From an uncultured Spirochaetota bacterium (GTDB lineage Bacteria; Spirochaetota; Brevinematia; Brevinematales; JAOACQ01): a stretch of DNA of 64,000 nucleotides. Shown piece by piece: positions 11,803 through 20,967 of this stretch. The notes under the pieces are model-generated. The model ran no database searches. It worked only from the letters and a program-made list of their open reading frames with translations, and was not told where the DNA came from. Position 1 is the stretch's first letter. Each line of letters starts with the position of its first letter. The translations under genes were made by a program, and so were the position numbers. Location of the stretch: assembly GCA_963835575.1 (NCBI GenBank), contig CAWIGG010000006.1, positions 96,001-160,000 on the forward strand. Direction: 5' to 3'.

Positions 11803-12354
11803 AACCACAGATTACACAGATGTCACAGATGATAATTTTGAAAGTATCAGTGTAATTATGCTATAATTGTGAATATGAAAAAAGAAGAAAGTAAAGATCG
11901 TCGGGCTTATGGGATTATTGGTGCGGCTATTGAGGCACACAAAGAATTAGGATCAGGATATCTGGAAGCAGTATATTAGGAAAGCCTTGAATTAGAATTT
12001 AAACTCAGAAAAATCCCTTATATATCTCACCCCATTCTTAAGGTTTTTTATAAAGATATTGAACTGAAAAAATATTATGTGCCTGATTTTATCGTATATA
12101 ATGAAGTGATTCTGGAAATTAAAGCGGAAAGATGTTTGACGAGAGTAGATGAGGCGCAAATAATAAACAGTTTAAAGAATTCGGGAATGAAAGTAGGTTT
12201 GCCGATTAATTTTGGTGAAAGCTCATTAAAATTCAAACGTTTTGTTTACTGAAACATATTTCATATTTCGTTTATTGTTAATAGAATGAATTCGAATTGA
12301 GATTTAATATTGATACCACAGAAATAATCTGTGAAATCAGTGAAATCTGTGGTT
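11803..12354 (+). mobile_element. GxxExxY cassette bounded by triple-unit inverted arms (CACAGAT type)
   Basis: Left AACCACAGAT TACACAGAT GTCACAGAT (11803-11830); right ATCTGTGAA ATCAGTGAA ATCTGTGGTT (12327-12354). Confidence 0.6.
11875..12252 (+). pseudogene. GxxExxY protein gene with in-frame TAG
   Basis: Translates MKKEESKD..HKELGSGYLEAVY*ESLE..PDFIVYNEVILEIKA..EAQIIN..INFG; TAG at 11977-11979 where the paralog has CAG; absent from the ORF track. Confidence 0.88.
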
Positions 12355-12444
12355 TCAGCCAAAAAAATTAAAAACTGAAAAAGTATACTATATAAGGATA
12401 TAATTCTATATCTTTTTCTGCCGATTCTATAACAGGAGTAGAAA

Positions 12445-14247
12445 ATGGCAAACGGTCAGGAAAACGGGATACTGGAAGCCTCGCAGGAATATTCCAGGAT
12501 GGCTGAGCTTCTCAAGGCGGAACGGGAGCCGGAAGCGGCCGCAATGGTCAAGCAGATCCTGGAATCCGGCGACAGCCTGCAGGACAAGATCCGCAAGATC
12601 GAGCTTATTGACGCGCAGGAAATCGGCAAAGTCATCGATGAAGCCCCTCTCAGTAAAGAGGAGGTTCAGGAGATCATCCGGAATAAGCATGTTTCCACCG
12701 ATGAGGTTGCCCAGAAGAACAGTGAAAAGATCAAGATAAAGCAGATGAGGAACCCATTTTTCTTCTATTTCTTCAAGGATTATAAGAAGATCCGTGAATT
12801 CGGGAAATATTCGGGATTTATCCGTTTCGGATTGAATATCTCGGGGATCAAATTTAATTATAATCCCGTAAAATCCCTTTTTGCCGGATTGAAGAAGGAC
12901 GCCGGCGAACTGATCAATGTTTTGAACTTTGTGCTGGACAAGGGCTGGATGGATCTGGACAAGCTTGATTACAACCTGATCATCGTATTCAAACGCCTCT
13001 GCGAAGCCTTAACCGCGGTAAAAGCGCCGAAGTCTTCCTATTCATTGAAGCAGATGCTGGAGAATTATAAAGAGATTGAAACGTATTTTTTAACCTGTCA
13101 ATACCAGGTTGAATATCCCGATATCATCCGTTCCAGCATTATCCAGGTTCTGGAAAAACAGCACAGGCCGGCCGGACTAGTCGAGCTGGCGGAAATTCAG
13201 GTGCGGCGGATTTTGTTTCAGGACGATGCGCCCTGCCTTTATAATTGTATCCTTGCCCTGAATATGAGCGAATACCGGCGTTTTATAAAAATAGGCGATA
13301 TGATCCGAAACCAGCAGGGCGGCGTTATCAATACGTTTTCTTTTGACTGCACGGCCCTTATTCAGCAGAAGATCAACGTTTATATTAATGATAAAACAAA
13401 GGCCTGGCAGAACCTTCTCCAGGAAAAGGCCGAGATCGGCAAAATCCAGTATTTTCTCAAGCATTTCATCCGGCAGGATTCCTCGGGCTACAGAAGCTAC
13501 AGCTTCACCCTGCTGACGGATTTTTATGATTTTTCCTTCTATGAAGTAAAAGAAGAGAGCTTTAGTTATGATAAGAACAATACCGCCAGGCTTGCCCTGA
13601 AATTTTTCGGCAAGTTTATGAGCGAGTTTGAGAATTTCTTTATTGACAGGATCGATATAGAGGGTTACGGGCCCGTCAGGGTTTTCAGCAGGGAGGTTTT
13701 CCAGCTGGAGATCGACAAGCTGAAGCGCGGGCTCGGCAAATTTTCGGACGCGAGCTATACATATCCCATCATTTCGAGGCGCGAGTTTTTTGAGCAGAAG
13801 ACCTCCAAGAAGGAAGTCATGCCGCCGCCGCCGGTGCTCACTTTGATACAGACAGCGGATTCCCTTTCCGATATACTGGTCGGCATCGGCACCAAGCTGG
13901 GAAATATCCATATCAACCAGAAAAAAGGCCCTTCCGCCAACGGTTCTCAGAGCAGTCTCGCCCCTCTCGAGATTTCCGTAACACGGTCGCATAATGTCAG
14001 TATTCCCTACTGGTCCAACAGGATCCTCAGCGCGGGATTTTTAAAAGACAAGTTTTTTTCCGACGCCGTGGCTACAATAGCCAGCTTATGCTTCCTCTCC
14101 GCCATATACTTTTATAATATGCGTCTCTATTCCATTCTGGAAAAAGAAATGAAGATAAGCAATATGATCGCTGAAACGCGAAAAAGCCTCGAGAGGCTGG
14201 CCGATGTGGTGACGTTTGAAAAAATCAGGAAAACGCAGTCGATTTAA
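12445..14247 (+). CDS. hypothetical cytoplasmic protein (600 aa)
   Basis: AGGAG RBS, long ORF, host-like codon usage; no motif recognised. Confidence 0.85.
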   Translation: MANGQENGILEASQEYSRMAELLKAEREPEAAAMVKQILESGDSLQDKIRKIELIDAQEIGKVIDEAPLSKEEVQEIIRNKHVSTDEVAQKNSEKIKIKQMRNPFFFYFFKDYKKIREFGKYSGFIRFGLNISGIKFNYNPVKSLFAGLKKDAGELINVLNFVLDKGWMDLDKLDYNLIIVFKRLCEALTAVKAPKSSYSLKQMLENYKEIETYFLTCQYQVEYPDIIRSSIIQVLEKQHRPAGLVELAEIQVRRILFQDDAPCLYNCILALNMSEYRRFIKIGDMIRNQQGGVINTFSFDCTALIQQKINVYINDKTKAWQNLLQEKAEIGKIQYFLKHFIRQDSSGYRSYSFTLLTDFYDFSFYEVKEESFSYDKNNTARLALKFFGKFMSEFENFFIDRIDIEGYGPVRVFSREVFQLEIDKLKRGLGKFSDASYTYPIISRREFFEQKTSKKEVMPPPPVLTLIQTADSLSDILVGIGTKLGNIHINQKKGPSANGSQSSLAPLEISVTRSHNVSIPYWSNRILSAGFLKDKFFSDAVATIASLCFLSAIYFYNMRLYSILEKEMKISNMIAETRKSLERLADVVTFEKIRKTQSI

Positions 14248-14412
14248 TTGATCATATTAAAATGAAGTTTCTGCGGACGCGGAATAATTTAAAACAGAAC
14301 TTTCTTATATTCAGGCCCGTTTTATAATATCTTCTTTCCTGCGGCAGGACAAATCATCCTTTTCTTGTATTGCGTGAATCATTTATTCTATACCTGATTG
14401 GTGCCCGATAAT

Positions 14413-14456
14413 AAAAACAGGCGGCTCAACGGGAGGGTATCCGTCCGGCCGCCTGT
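14413..14456 (-). terminator. intrinsic terminator on the minus strand
   Basis: ACAGGCGGC...GCCGCCTGT stem with inner ACGG/CCGT stem followed by a T run on the minus strand. Confidence 0.6.
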
Positions 14457-14727
14457 CTATAGAGAGGTACTTTCTGATGAAGAGAATCGCGGTTTTCTAA
14501 TTATTAATTAATGGAGATTAATTGTATGAAGACGAGGGGGTTGTCCCTGTAAAGCCGTAATGGAATCCCGCCGGCGCATCGGTTCTGCTTCGCGGCGGGC
14601 TAAGTATAGGCTTTTGCCGCCGGCGGGTATCTATATAAAATTTTGGGGCAACCCCATGAGACCCTGAAAAAAACCTCCTTTGTTTATTTGTTTTATAGGA
14701 AAGATTTTCAAATACTACATTCGTAGT
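14413..14727 (-). ncRNA. candidate structured non-coding RNA
   Basis: Lies between a promoter and a terminator; no substantial ORF behind the AAGGAGG; nested stems GGGGTTGCCC/GGGACAACCCC and CCCGCCGGCG/CGCCGGCGGG. Confidence 0.4.
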
Positions 14728-14762
14728 ACATATAATATACTACGCGTGTAGTATTATGTCAA
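14713..14762 (-). promoter_or_regulatory. promoter overlapped by two palindromic operators TACTAC-N4-GTAGTA
   Basis: TTGACA (14762-14757)-17 bp-TATATT; palindromes at 14713-14728 and 14738-14753. Confidence 0.7.
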
Positions 14763-14900
14763 GTGTTTTTGAAAATATTTTTTCCTCCGGTATTGACAAA
14801 ATTGAATATTGCTTTTAAATAAATGTAATTAAATTAATGGACGCGGATTATCGGAAGACCGGATAATCTGCAAAATTATTAATATTCGGGAAACTGTTTT

Positions 14901-15491
14901 ATGTGTAAGGAATTTAGGTATTCAATACTTCATCTTTTAGCTGTGTTTTCATTAATTTTATTAATACTGAGCGCCTGCGATCTGCTTCAAGACCCCCCTT
15001 CCGACCGGCAGAAGACGCTGGGAGAATGGATGTATAACAGGGTAGTTTACATTGACGGCAGTTTTCAGACATATAACGGCAATATTATTACAATTACCTC
15101 CAGCGGCGGATCGGTCACAGTTTATACCAATTCTTCTTACACAGCTGTTGTTTTTAATGAAAAAAATTCATGTCTCTGGGAGACCTGTAATACAAACGGG
15201 AATATTATAACAAATACGGGAACCTGGTCCATAAAAGAAACGGACAAATTGCTGACTTTAACGAAGGTTAATTACACGAATATCCTTTTTATTTTTACTA
15301 ATGTTTATTTCGTTTATAATTATGCCTATACCTATGACTTTATTGATGATAATACTATAAAAATTACTGCTGAAATTGACAGCTATAACTGCATCTTTGA
15401 GAATAATACGCCGACAAATTATTCGACAAATAATATTGATATCTTTGCCGCCGCCGGGGTGAATTATGTTGAGATCGGAAAGATAAGATAG
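14901..15491 (+). CDS. lipoprotein, possibly lipocalin-like
   Basis: Lipobox LSAC; LGEW and GTWSI motifs. Confidence 0.75.
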   Translation: MCKEFRYSILHLLAVFSLILLILSACDLLQDPPSDRQKTLGEWMYNRVVYIDGSFQTYNGNIITITSSGGSVTVYTNSSYTAVVFNEKNSCLWETCNTNGNIITNTGTWSIKETDKLLTLTKVNYTNILFIFTNVYFVYNYAYTYDFIDDNTIKITAEIDSYNCIFENNTPTNYSTNNIDIFAAAGVNYVEIGKIR

Positions 15492-15592
15492 GATCCGGTA
15501 TAATATAGTAAAGCGGATTAAAAAAATAAAACGGGAGAAATGTTATTTTAGAGATAATTATTTCCGTCATCATCGCTATCTTTGTTCTGGCA

Positions 15593-15952
15593 GTGGTTAA
15601 TTTTGTGGTCAGGAAAAACATCTCCTTTGCCAGGAGGAATTATAAAACAAAAAACGTGGAGATCAATCTAAGCAGGACCCCATGCCCGGTCTGCGGCACA
15701 ATTATAAAGGAAGGGGAAAGGGTCAAAACAACCGCTTATTCCCTGGGAAAGGAAAAGCTGGTCCTTGTTTACGGCTGTCCCGCCTGTTATCCCCCCGGTA
15801 AAGTCATAAAAAGAATATGCCCGGTCTGCAAAAATGAATTGAGAAATAAGGATTATATCCTGGCCAAAATGTGGGAAGAGGAAAACAAACTCCGTCTTCA
15901 TATCATGGGCTGTTCGATATGCAAACCGAATTCTTTTGTTGTAAAAAGCTGA
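15593..15952 (+). CDS. membrane-anchored Cys-rich (zinc-ribbon) protein
   Basis: Four CxxC pairs (CPVC, CPAC, CPVC, CSIC); frame stays open upstream to about 15530 and encodes a transmembrane helix; true start unclear. Confidence 0.75.
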   Translation: MVNFVVRKNISFARRNYKTKNVEINLSRTPCPVCGTIIKEGERVKTTAYSLGKEKLVLVYGCPACYPPGKVIKRICPVCKNELRNKDYILAKMWEEENKLRLHIMGCSICKPNSFVVKS

Positions 15953-16103
15953 ATTCCCCCGTTCCGCGGACAGTAAAAAATTAAACTTCAGGGCTGGCAA
16001 TTTTTCCAAACTATAATATAATTATTGGGCTTTTGAATTATTGATTAAAAAAAATATATTCAATCTGGCTGTCATTTTTCTGTAAGGATAGAGGAGGCTT
16101 TTT

Positions 16104-16655
16104 ATGCTAGTACCGGCTGTATTAGGCGGCATTGTTGTAGTGATATTGCTCTGGGTGATGATGGCTTATAACGGTTTTATCAAGCTGAGGAACCAGGCGG
16201 ATGAATCCTGGAGCGGTATAGACGTCCAGCTCAAGCGGCGCTATGACCTGATCCCGAACCTTGTGGAAACCGTCAAAGGCTACGCCAAGCATGAGCAGTC
16301 CACTTTCGAGAAAGTGGTCCAGGCCAGGAACGCGGCCATGAGCGCCCAGAAAGTGGAAGATAAAGCCCAGGCGGAGAACATGCTTTCAGGCGCCCTGAAA
16401 TCTATTTTTGCCCTCGCTGAAAACTATCCGGAGCTCAAGGCGAACCAGAATTTCCTCGATCTGCAGAAGAACCTGGCGGAAATTGAGGACCAGCTCCAGA
16501 ACGCCAGAAGATATTACAACGCCGTTGTCCGCGACTATAATATCCAGTGCGAAAGCTTCCCGTCTGTCATACTTGCCGGCATGTTCGGCTTCAAAAAACG
16601 GGCCTTCTTTGAAATAGCGGAAGCCGAAAAGCAGAATGTCAAGGTGCAGTTTTAA
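16104..16655 (+). CDS. lemA: LemA family protein
   Basis: YN..IKLRN..DESWSGIDVQLKRRYDLIPNLV, AENYPELKANQNF, ARRYYN. Confidence 0.96.
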   Translation: MLVPAVLGGIVVVILLWVMMAYNGFIKLRNQADESWSGIDVQLKRRYDLIPNLVETVKGYAKHEQSTFEKVVQARNAAMSAQKVEDKAQAENMLSGALKSIFALAENYPELKANQNFLDLQKNLAEIEDQLQNARRYYNAVVRDYNIQCESFPSVILAGMFGFKKRAFFEIAEAEKQNVKVQF

Positions 16656-16670
16656 AGGGAACTGGGTTAT

Positions 16671-17141
16671 CCGCTAAGCCACGCCAAGGAACGCTAAGAA
16701 GAATATATAATTGGTAAAAAAAATGGCTGAAGATTTATTATTTAAGGAAGAAGTTTTTAAAATCATGGGTTGTGCTATGAAAGTGCAGGATGAGTTAGGG
16801 AACGGTTTTCTGGAAGCGGTTTATCAGGAAGCTTTAGAAATTGAATTAAAGCTCATGCAAATCCCTTTTGAATCTCAGAAAAGACTGAGAATTAATTATA
16901 AAGGACAGCTGCTTCAAAAAGAATATATTGCCGATTTAATATGCTTTGACAAAATAATATTGGAATTGAAAGTTGAAGAGAAGCTGACTTCTATTGATGA
17001 AGCTCAGATTTTAAATTATTTGAAAGTTACGGGTTTATCGCTTGGACTCATTATAAATTTCGGATCAAAGAAGAAACTTGAGTGGAAACGTTTTGCAAAC
17101 ACTCAACAATAACCTTAGCGTATCTTCGCGATCCTTAGCGG
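16671..17141 (+). mobile_element. GxxExxY cassette bounded by triple-unit inverted arms (CGCTAAG type) inserted between lemA and the DUF2207 gene
   Basis: Left CCGCTAAG CCA CGCCAAG GAA CGCTAAG (16671-16698); right CTTAGCG TAT CTTCGCG ATC CTTAGCGG (17114-17141); lower GC than lemA. Confidence 0.65.
16723..17112 (+). CDS. GxxExxY protein (PD-(D/E)XK nuclease-like)
   Basis: LGNGFLEAVYQEAL, ADLICFDKIILELK, EAQILNYLK..G.IINFG (ORF track start 16711 TTG). Confidence 0.93.
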   Translation: MAEDLLFKEEVFKIMGCAMKVQDELGNGFLEAVYQEALEIELKLMQIPFESQKRLRINYKGQLLQKEYIADLICFDKIILELKVEEKLTSIDEAQILNYLKVTGLSLGLIINFGSKKKLEWKRFANTQQ

Positions 17142-17175
17142 GAGCCCCGAAAGTGTTATAGGGAAGGAGTTGTTT

Positions 17176-18900
17176 ATGAAAAGATTTTTTATATTTATAT
17201 TTCTGTTTCTTTCAATATCCCTTTCTTACGGCGAATATTTCAGCATTAAAGATTACAATATCCATGTCAAAGTCCTGAAAGACGGTGTACTGGACATTAA
17301 CGAAAGAATTTCCGTCACTTTTACCGAGCCCAGGCATGGTATTTTCAGGGATATTCCATACGGCTATACTATCACAAAGGCGCAAGGAGGCGAATCGGCC
17401 GAATATCCACTTCTTTTCGGGGATCGATATCAGGACCTTCTTTATGACATTTCGGTCCAGAACTTTCATTATCAGGTGGAAAAAAACAATGCCATGATCC
17501 GCATCCGGATCGGTTCCAAAAACGCTTATGTGGAGGGCGACCAGGTTTATATTATCAATTATAAAGTTTATGGAGAGGTCCGGAGATTCAACGATTATTC
17601 CGTAATTTACTGGAACCTGACCGGCAATGAATGGCCGGTTGAAATAGATTATGCGGTGTTCTCAATGGAACTGCCTTCCTCAGTCCCGTTAAGCTCAAAG
17701 GATTATAGAATTTATTCCGGGGTATACGGCTCGAAGGAAAACGACGCCTGCTATTATAAATATGAAGCGGATGAGCTTTCCGGAAGGACAATCCGGGCTT
17801 TAAATCCGAATGAGGGAATAACCGCCTGGATCAAGCTTCCGAAGGATTATTTTGTAAAAAATGATATACTGGACAAACTTTTATGGCTTCAGAACAACTC
17901 GGGGCTGTTCGCTATCATTATACCTTTTTTAGTGCTGATCATCGCGTTTCTGGTCTGGAACAAATACGGGCGCGATGTAAAGATCGTGAAAATGGTCCAG
18001 TTCAAACCGCCGGAAGATATGACGCCTGCGGAGGCGGGGGTCATCATCGATGATGTGACGGATAACAGGGATGTTCTGTGCCTGATCTATTACTGGGCGG
18101 CGGCCGGGTATCTGGAAATAGAAGAGCTGGAGAAGGGGACGCTCTTCAAATCAAAAGACTTCAAATTGATTAAAAAGAAAGAACTGCCGGACAACGCTAA
18201 AGAATACGAGAAAACCATGTTCAATGGGCTTTTTGAGGGAAAAGAGACGGAAGTCCTGATCAGTTCGCTCAAAGACACTTTTTATACGACTTTCGACAGC
18301 GTTAAAAGCCAGCTCAATGATTATATCGGCAGTCAGGCTTTTTATACGCCGGGTTCGCGCGGCCTCCGCGCTCTCTTTATATTCCTTGCCATGGTCTTTG
18401 TTTTCGGCGGATTTTTCCTGACGTTTTTTGCCGGATGGAGCGCTCTTTATATCGCTTCGGGTATTGTATCGGCGGTCATTTTAATTATTTTCGGGATTTA
18501 TATGCCAAAGAAGACAGCTAAAGGCCTTGAGAAATACAAAGTCCTTGAAGGTTTCAAACTTTTTATTGAAAAGGCTGAAAAGCCGAAGCTCGAGGCCCTT
18601 ATGAAAGAAGACCCGAATTATTTTGACAGGACGCTTTCCTATGCCATAGCGTTCGGAATGGGCGATAAATGGGCCGCGAAATTCGCCGGCATTATCACGC
18701 AGCCGCCTTCGTGGTACCATGGGCACAGCTTTACCGCTTTCTCCACGGCGTATTTTATCAGCTCGCTGAACTCGAGCATCTCCGGTATGAGCTCGACGAT
18801 GACATCCCGCCCTTCCAGCAGCGGCTCAAGCGGCGGCGGCGGATTTTCCGGCGGAGGAGGCGGGGGCGGGGGCGGGGGCGGGGGCGGAGGCAGCTGGTAG
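17176..18900 (+). CDS. DUF2207 family membrane protein
   Basis: Signal peptide, HGIFRDIP, YWNLTGNEW, TPAEAG, YAIAFG, C-terminal SSGGGGFSGGGGGGGGGGSW. Confidence 0.93.
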   Translation: MKRFFIFIFLFLSISLSYGEYFSIKDYNIHVKVLKDGVLDINERISVTFTEPRHGIFRDIPYGYTITKAQGGESAEYPLLFGDRYQDLLYDISVQNFHYQVEKNNAMIRIRIGSKNAYVEGDQVYIINYKVYGEVRRFNDYSVIYWNLTGNEWPVEIDYAVFSMELPSSVPLSSKDYRIYSGVYGSKENDACYYKYEADELSGRTIRALNPNEGITAWIKLPKDYFVKNDILDKLLWLQNNSGLFAIIIPFLVLIIAFLVWNKYGRDVKIVKMVQFKPPEDMTPAEAGVIIDDVTDNRDVLCLIYYWAAAGYLEIEELEKGTLFKSKDFKLIKKKELPDNAKEYEKTMFNGLFEGKETEVLISSLKDTFYTTFDSVKSQLNDYIGSQAFYTPGSRGLRALFIFLAMVFVFGGFFLTFFAGWSALYIASGIVSAVILIIFGIYMPKKTAKGLEKYKVLEGFKLFIEKAEKPKLEALMKEDPNYFDRTLSYAIAFGMGDKWAAKFAGIITQPPSWYHGHSFTAFSTAYFISSLNSSISGMSSTMTSRPSSSGSSGGGGFSGGGGGGGGGGGGGGSW

Positions 18901-19051
18901 AAAGAAATAATTCACAGGAAGGCGGGAAGACGGGAAGACGGGAAGGTTTTTAATGATTTATTTATTTTCATTGCCGTTCAAGTTATAAATTTATTAAACT
19001 GTGATTTGCTAGAAATTTGAAAGAACCGGAATTTCACACAGAGTGCACAGA

Positions 19052-20752
19052 CAGACTGTGTGAAAAAGGCGGTGTAAGACAATAAAGGCGGAGAAAAATC
19101 CTCAAATTTATTTTAATAAGGTATAATATGTAATCAAATTTGAGGTGTGTAAGATGAACCATATAACAGGAGAGCCAAGAGACCAGATAGTACTTTACGC
19201 GGAAACTATTGATGGTTTGATAGAAGAGAAGAACCCTGTAAGAATTATAGACGCATATGTGAGCAGACTAAACATCAGGAGGTTGGGATTCAAAATTAAA
19301 GAGGCGAAAAAAGGGCGTCCATCCTACACAGCGGATGTATTGTTGAAAATATATATTTACGGATATTTGAACAAAGTCAGGACCACGAGGAAATTAGAAA
19401 ACGAATGTAAAAGGAATACGGAACTGATATGGCTGACCTGCCGCTTAGCGCCTGATTTTAAGACCATAGCGGATTTCAGAAGGGATAATATTAAGGGCAT
19501 AAAAAACATTTTCAAAGAGTTTTTGAAAGTATGCCGCAAATTAGAACTGCTGACATTTAAATTAACAGCGACAGATGGAACGAAAATAAGTGGGCAAAAC
19601 AGTCTGGGTAATATTTATAGGCGGGAAAGCATTGAAGGAGTTGAGAAAAAGATTAATGAAAAAATAGACAAATATCTTTTGGAATTGGATAAAAATGATA
19701 AATCGGAAGAAAACGAGTTTGAGTTTTTATCCAGCAACATTGAAAAAAAGCTGGACAGCCTCAAGACAAGAAAAGAAAAAGTAGAAGCGATAAAAAAAAT
19801 GTTTGAGGCCGATCCGGAACTTGAAATCGTTTACGGGAATGATCCCGACGGCAGAATTGGGAAAGATAAAGGGAAAACGGATGTTTTGTACAACGCGCAG
19901 ATAGCAGTGGACGAAAAGAATAAATTGATTGTCGCGGTGGATGTAACCAATGAAAGTAATGATGTTCATCAAGCGGGAAATATGGTTAATAAAGTTGAAG
20001 AAATAAAGAAAGAACTTGAAGCCGAACCGGGATTAAAAACCATACATGTCCTGGATGCCGGATATTATTGCGAAAGTGAGATATTACCGCTTACAGACGG
20101 GGGTCATGAAATCTATATTCCAAGCCCGCGCGATGAAAAAGAAAAAAAGTCCAGGTACAAAGAGCAGCAGAAAGAAAGTATCCCGGCAAAAGGATATCTG
20201 GCAGAAGATTTCAAGATTGATAAAGAGAAGAACCAGTTGATTTGTCCGCAAGGATTACGATTAAATAATCAAAGTGTATATCAGGATAAAAACACGGGGA
20301 TTACTGTAGCGGAATTCAAGTGCAGGAACGAGAATTGTGAGAAGAAGCATTTATGCACAAAAAGCAAAGAAGGCAGGACGGTAAAGTTATCGGTGCGAAA
20401 GGAAGATATGGATAAATTCGATGAGAAGGTCCGAAGTGAATTGGGGCAAAAGATTGTTGCAATCAGAAAAGAGTTGGCAGAACATCCATTTGGAACAATA
20501 AAAGGAAATTTTGGTTATAATAATTTCTTGCTGAAGGGGATTGATAAAGTAAAAAGCGAGTTTAATTTCACGGCATTTATCTATAATTTTAAAAGAGTTC
20601 TGAATATTGCTGGTTTTGATAAGTTATTAGCCGCAATATAGTCTGAATTTCAATGATTATCAGTAATTTTTTATTCAGGCTCTTCTTTAAAGTAAGCAGG
20701 AACCTTTAGATGCCTGATCTTATAAATGTATTCTCTTTTTTCACACAGTCTG
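19052..20752 (+). mobile_element. IS1182-family insertion sequence
   Basis: TIR CAGACTGTGTGAAAAA / TTTTTCACACAGTCTG; 3-bp duplication AGA. Confidence 0.9.
19154..20641 (+). CDS. IS1182-family transposase
   Basis: GRPSY..LLKIYIYGYL..TRKLE, PDFKTIADFR, TDGTKI, YNAQIAVD, LDAGY, AEHPFGTIK (ORF track start 19145). Confidence 0.95.
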   Translation: MNHITGEPRDQIVLYAETIDGLIEEKNPVRIIDAYVSRLNIRRLGFKIKEAKKGRPSYTADVLLKIYIYGYLNKVRTTRKLENECKRNTELIWLTCRLAPDFKTIADFRRDNIKGIKNIFKEFLKVCRKLELLTFKLTATDGTKISGQNSLGNIYRRESIEGVEKKINEKIDKYLLELDKNDKSEENEFEFLSSNIEKKLDSLKTRKEKVEAIKKMFEADPELEIVYGNDPDGRIGKDKGKTDVLYNAQIAVDEKNKLIVAVDVTNESNDVHQAGNMVNKVEEIKKELEAEPGLKTIHVLDAGYYCESEILPLTDGGHEIYIPSPRDEKEKKSRYKEQQKESIPAKGYLAEDFKIDKEKNQLICPQGLRLNNQSVYQDKNTGITVAEFKCRNENCEKKHLCTKSKEGRTVKLSVRKEDMDKFDEKVRSELGQKIVAIRKELAEHPFGTIKGNFGYNNFLLKGIDKVKSEFNFTAFIYNFKRVLNIAGFDKLLAAI

Positions 20753-20967
20753 AGAGAGCACAGAGTAAGCTATAATTCTTTATCTGCATAAGATTAAACA
20801 ATATCCCTTTGTACTCCGTGTTCTCTGTGCGGGAAAAATAATTTTTTAGGATTCTGAAACATTATTTTTTTGCTGTCTAAATTGCAATTTCAAATCTGGA
20901 AATTAAATTTTATTTCTAAAATCTCCAGATTTTTCTTCGTGTCTTCCCGCCTTCCTGTAAAACCCGT

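Larger units (their letters stand above)
18911..20961. repeat. outer inverted arms (GGGAAG type, 8-bp period) enclosing a CACAGAG-type cassette and an IS1182
   Basis: Left TTCACAGGAAG GCGGGAAG ACGGGAAG ACGGGAAG (18911-18945); right CTTCGTGT CTTCCCGC CTTCCTGTAAA (20935-20961). Confidence 0.6.

Noticed and set aside
11977..11979. TAG as pyrrolysine or stop-codon reassignment
   Set aside because: TAG ends several normal genes in this window and a single C-to-T change from the paralog CAG explains it
13177..13992. 271-aa antisense ORF, and similar ones within carB, thyX and the IS elements
   Set aside because: Shadows of well-supported genes on the opposite strand with no motifs or RBS
18832..18893. 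G-rich tract as a G-quadruplex or phase-variable repeat
   Set aside because: It encodes the usual poly-Gly tail of DUF2207 proteins
7604..20961. Short periodic repeats as a CRISPR array
   Set aside because: Units are 8-10 bp with no unique 25-40 bp spacers, they occur as inverted pairs, and there are no cas genes
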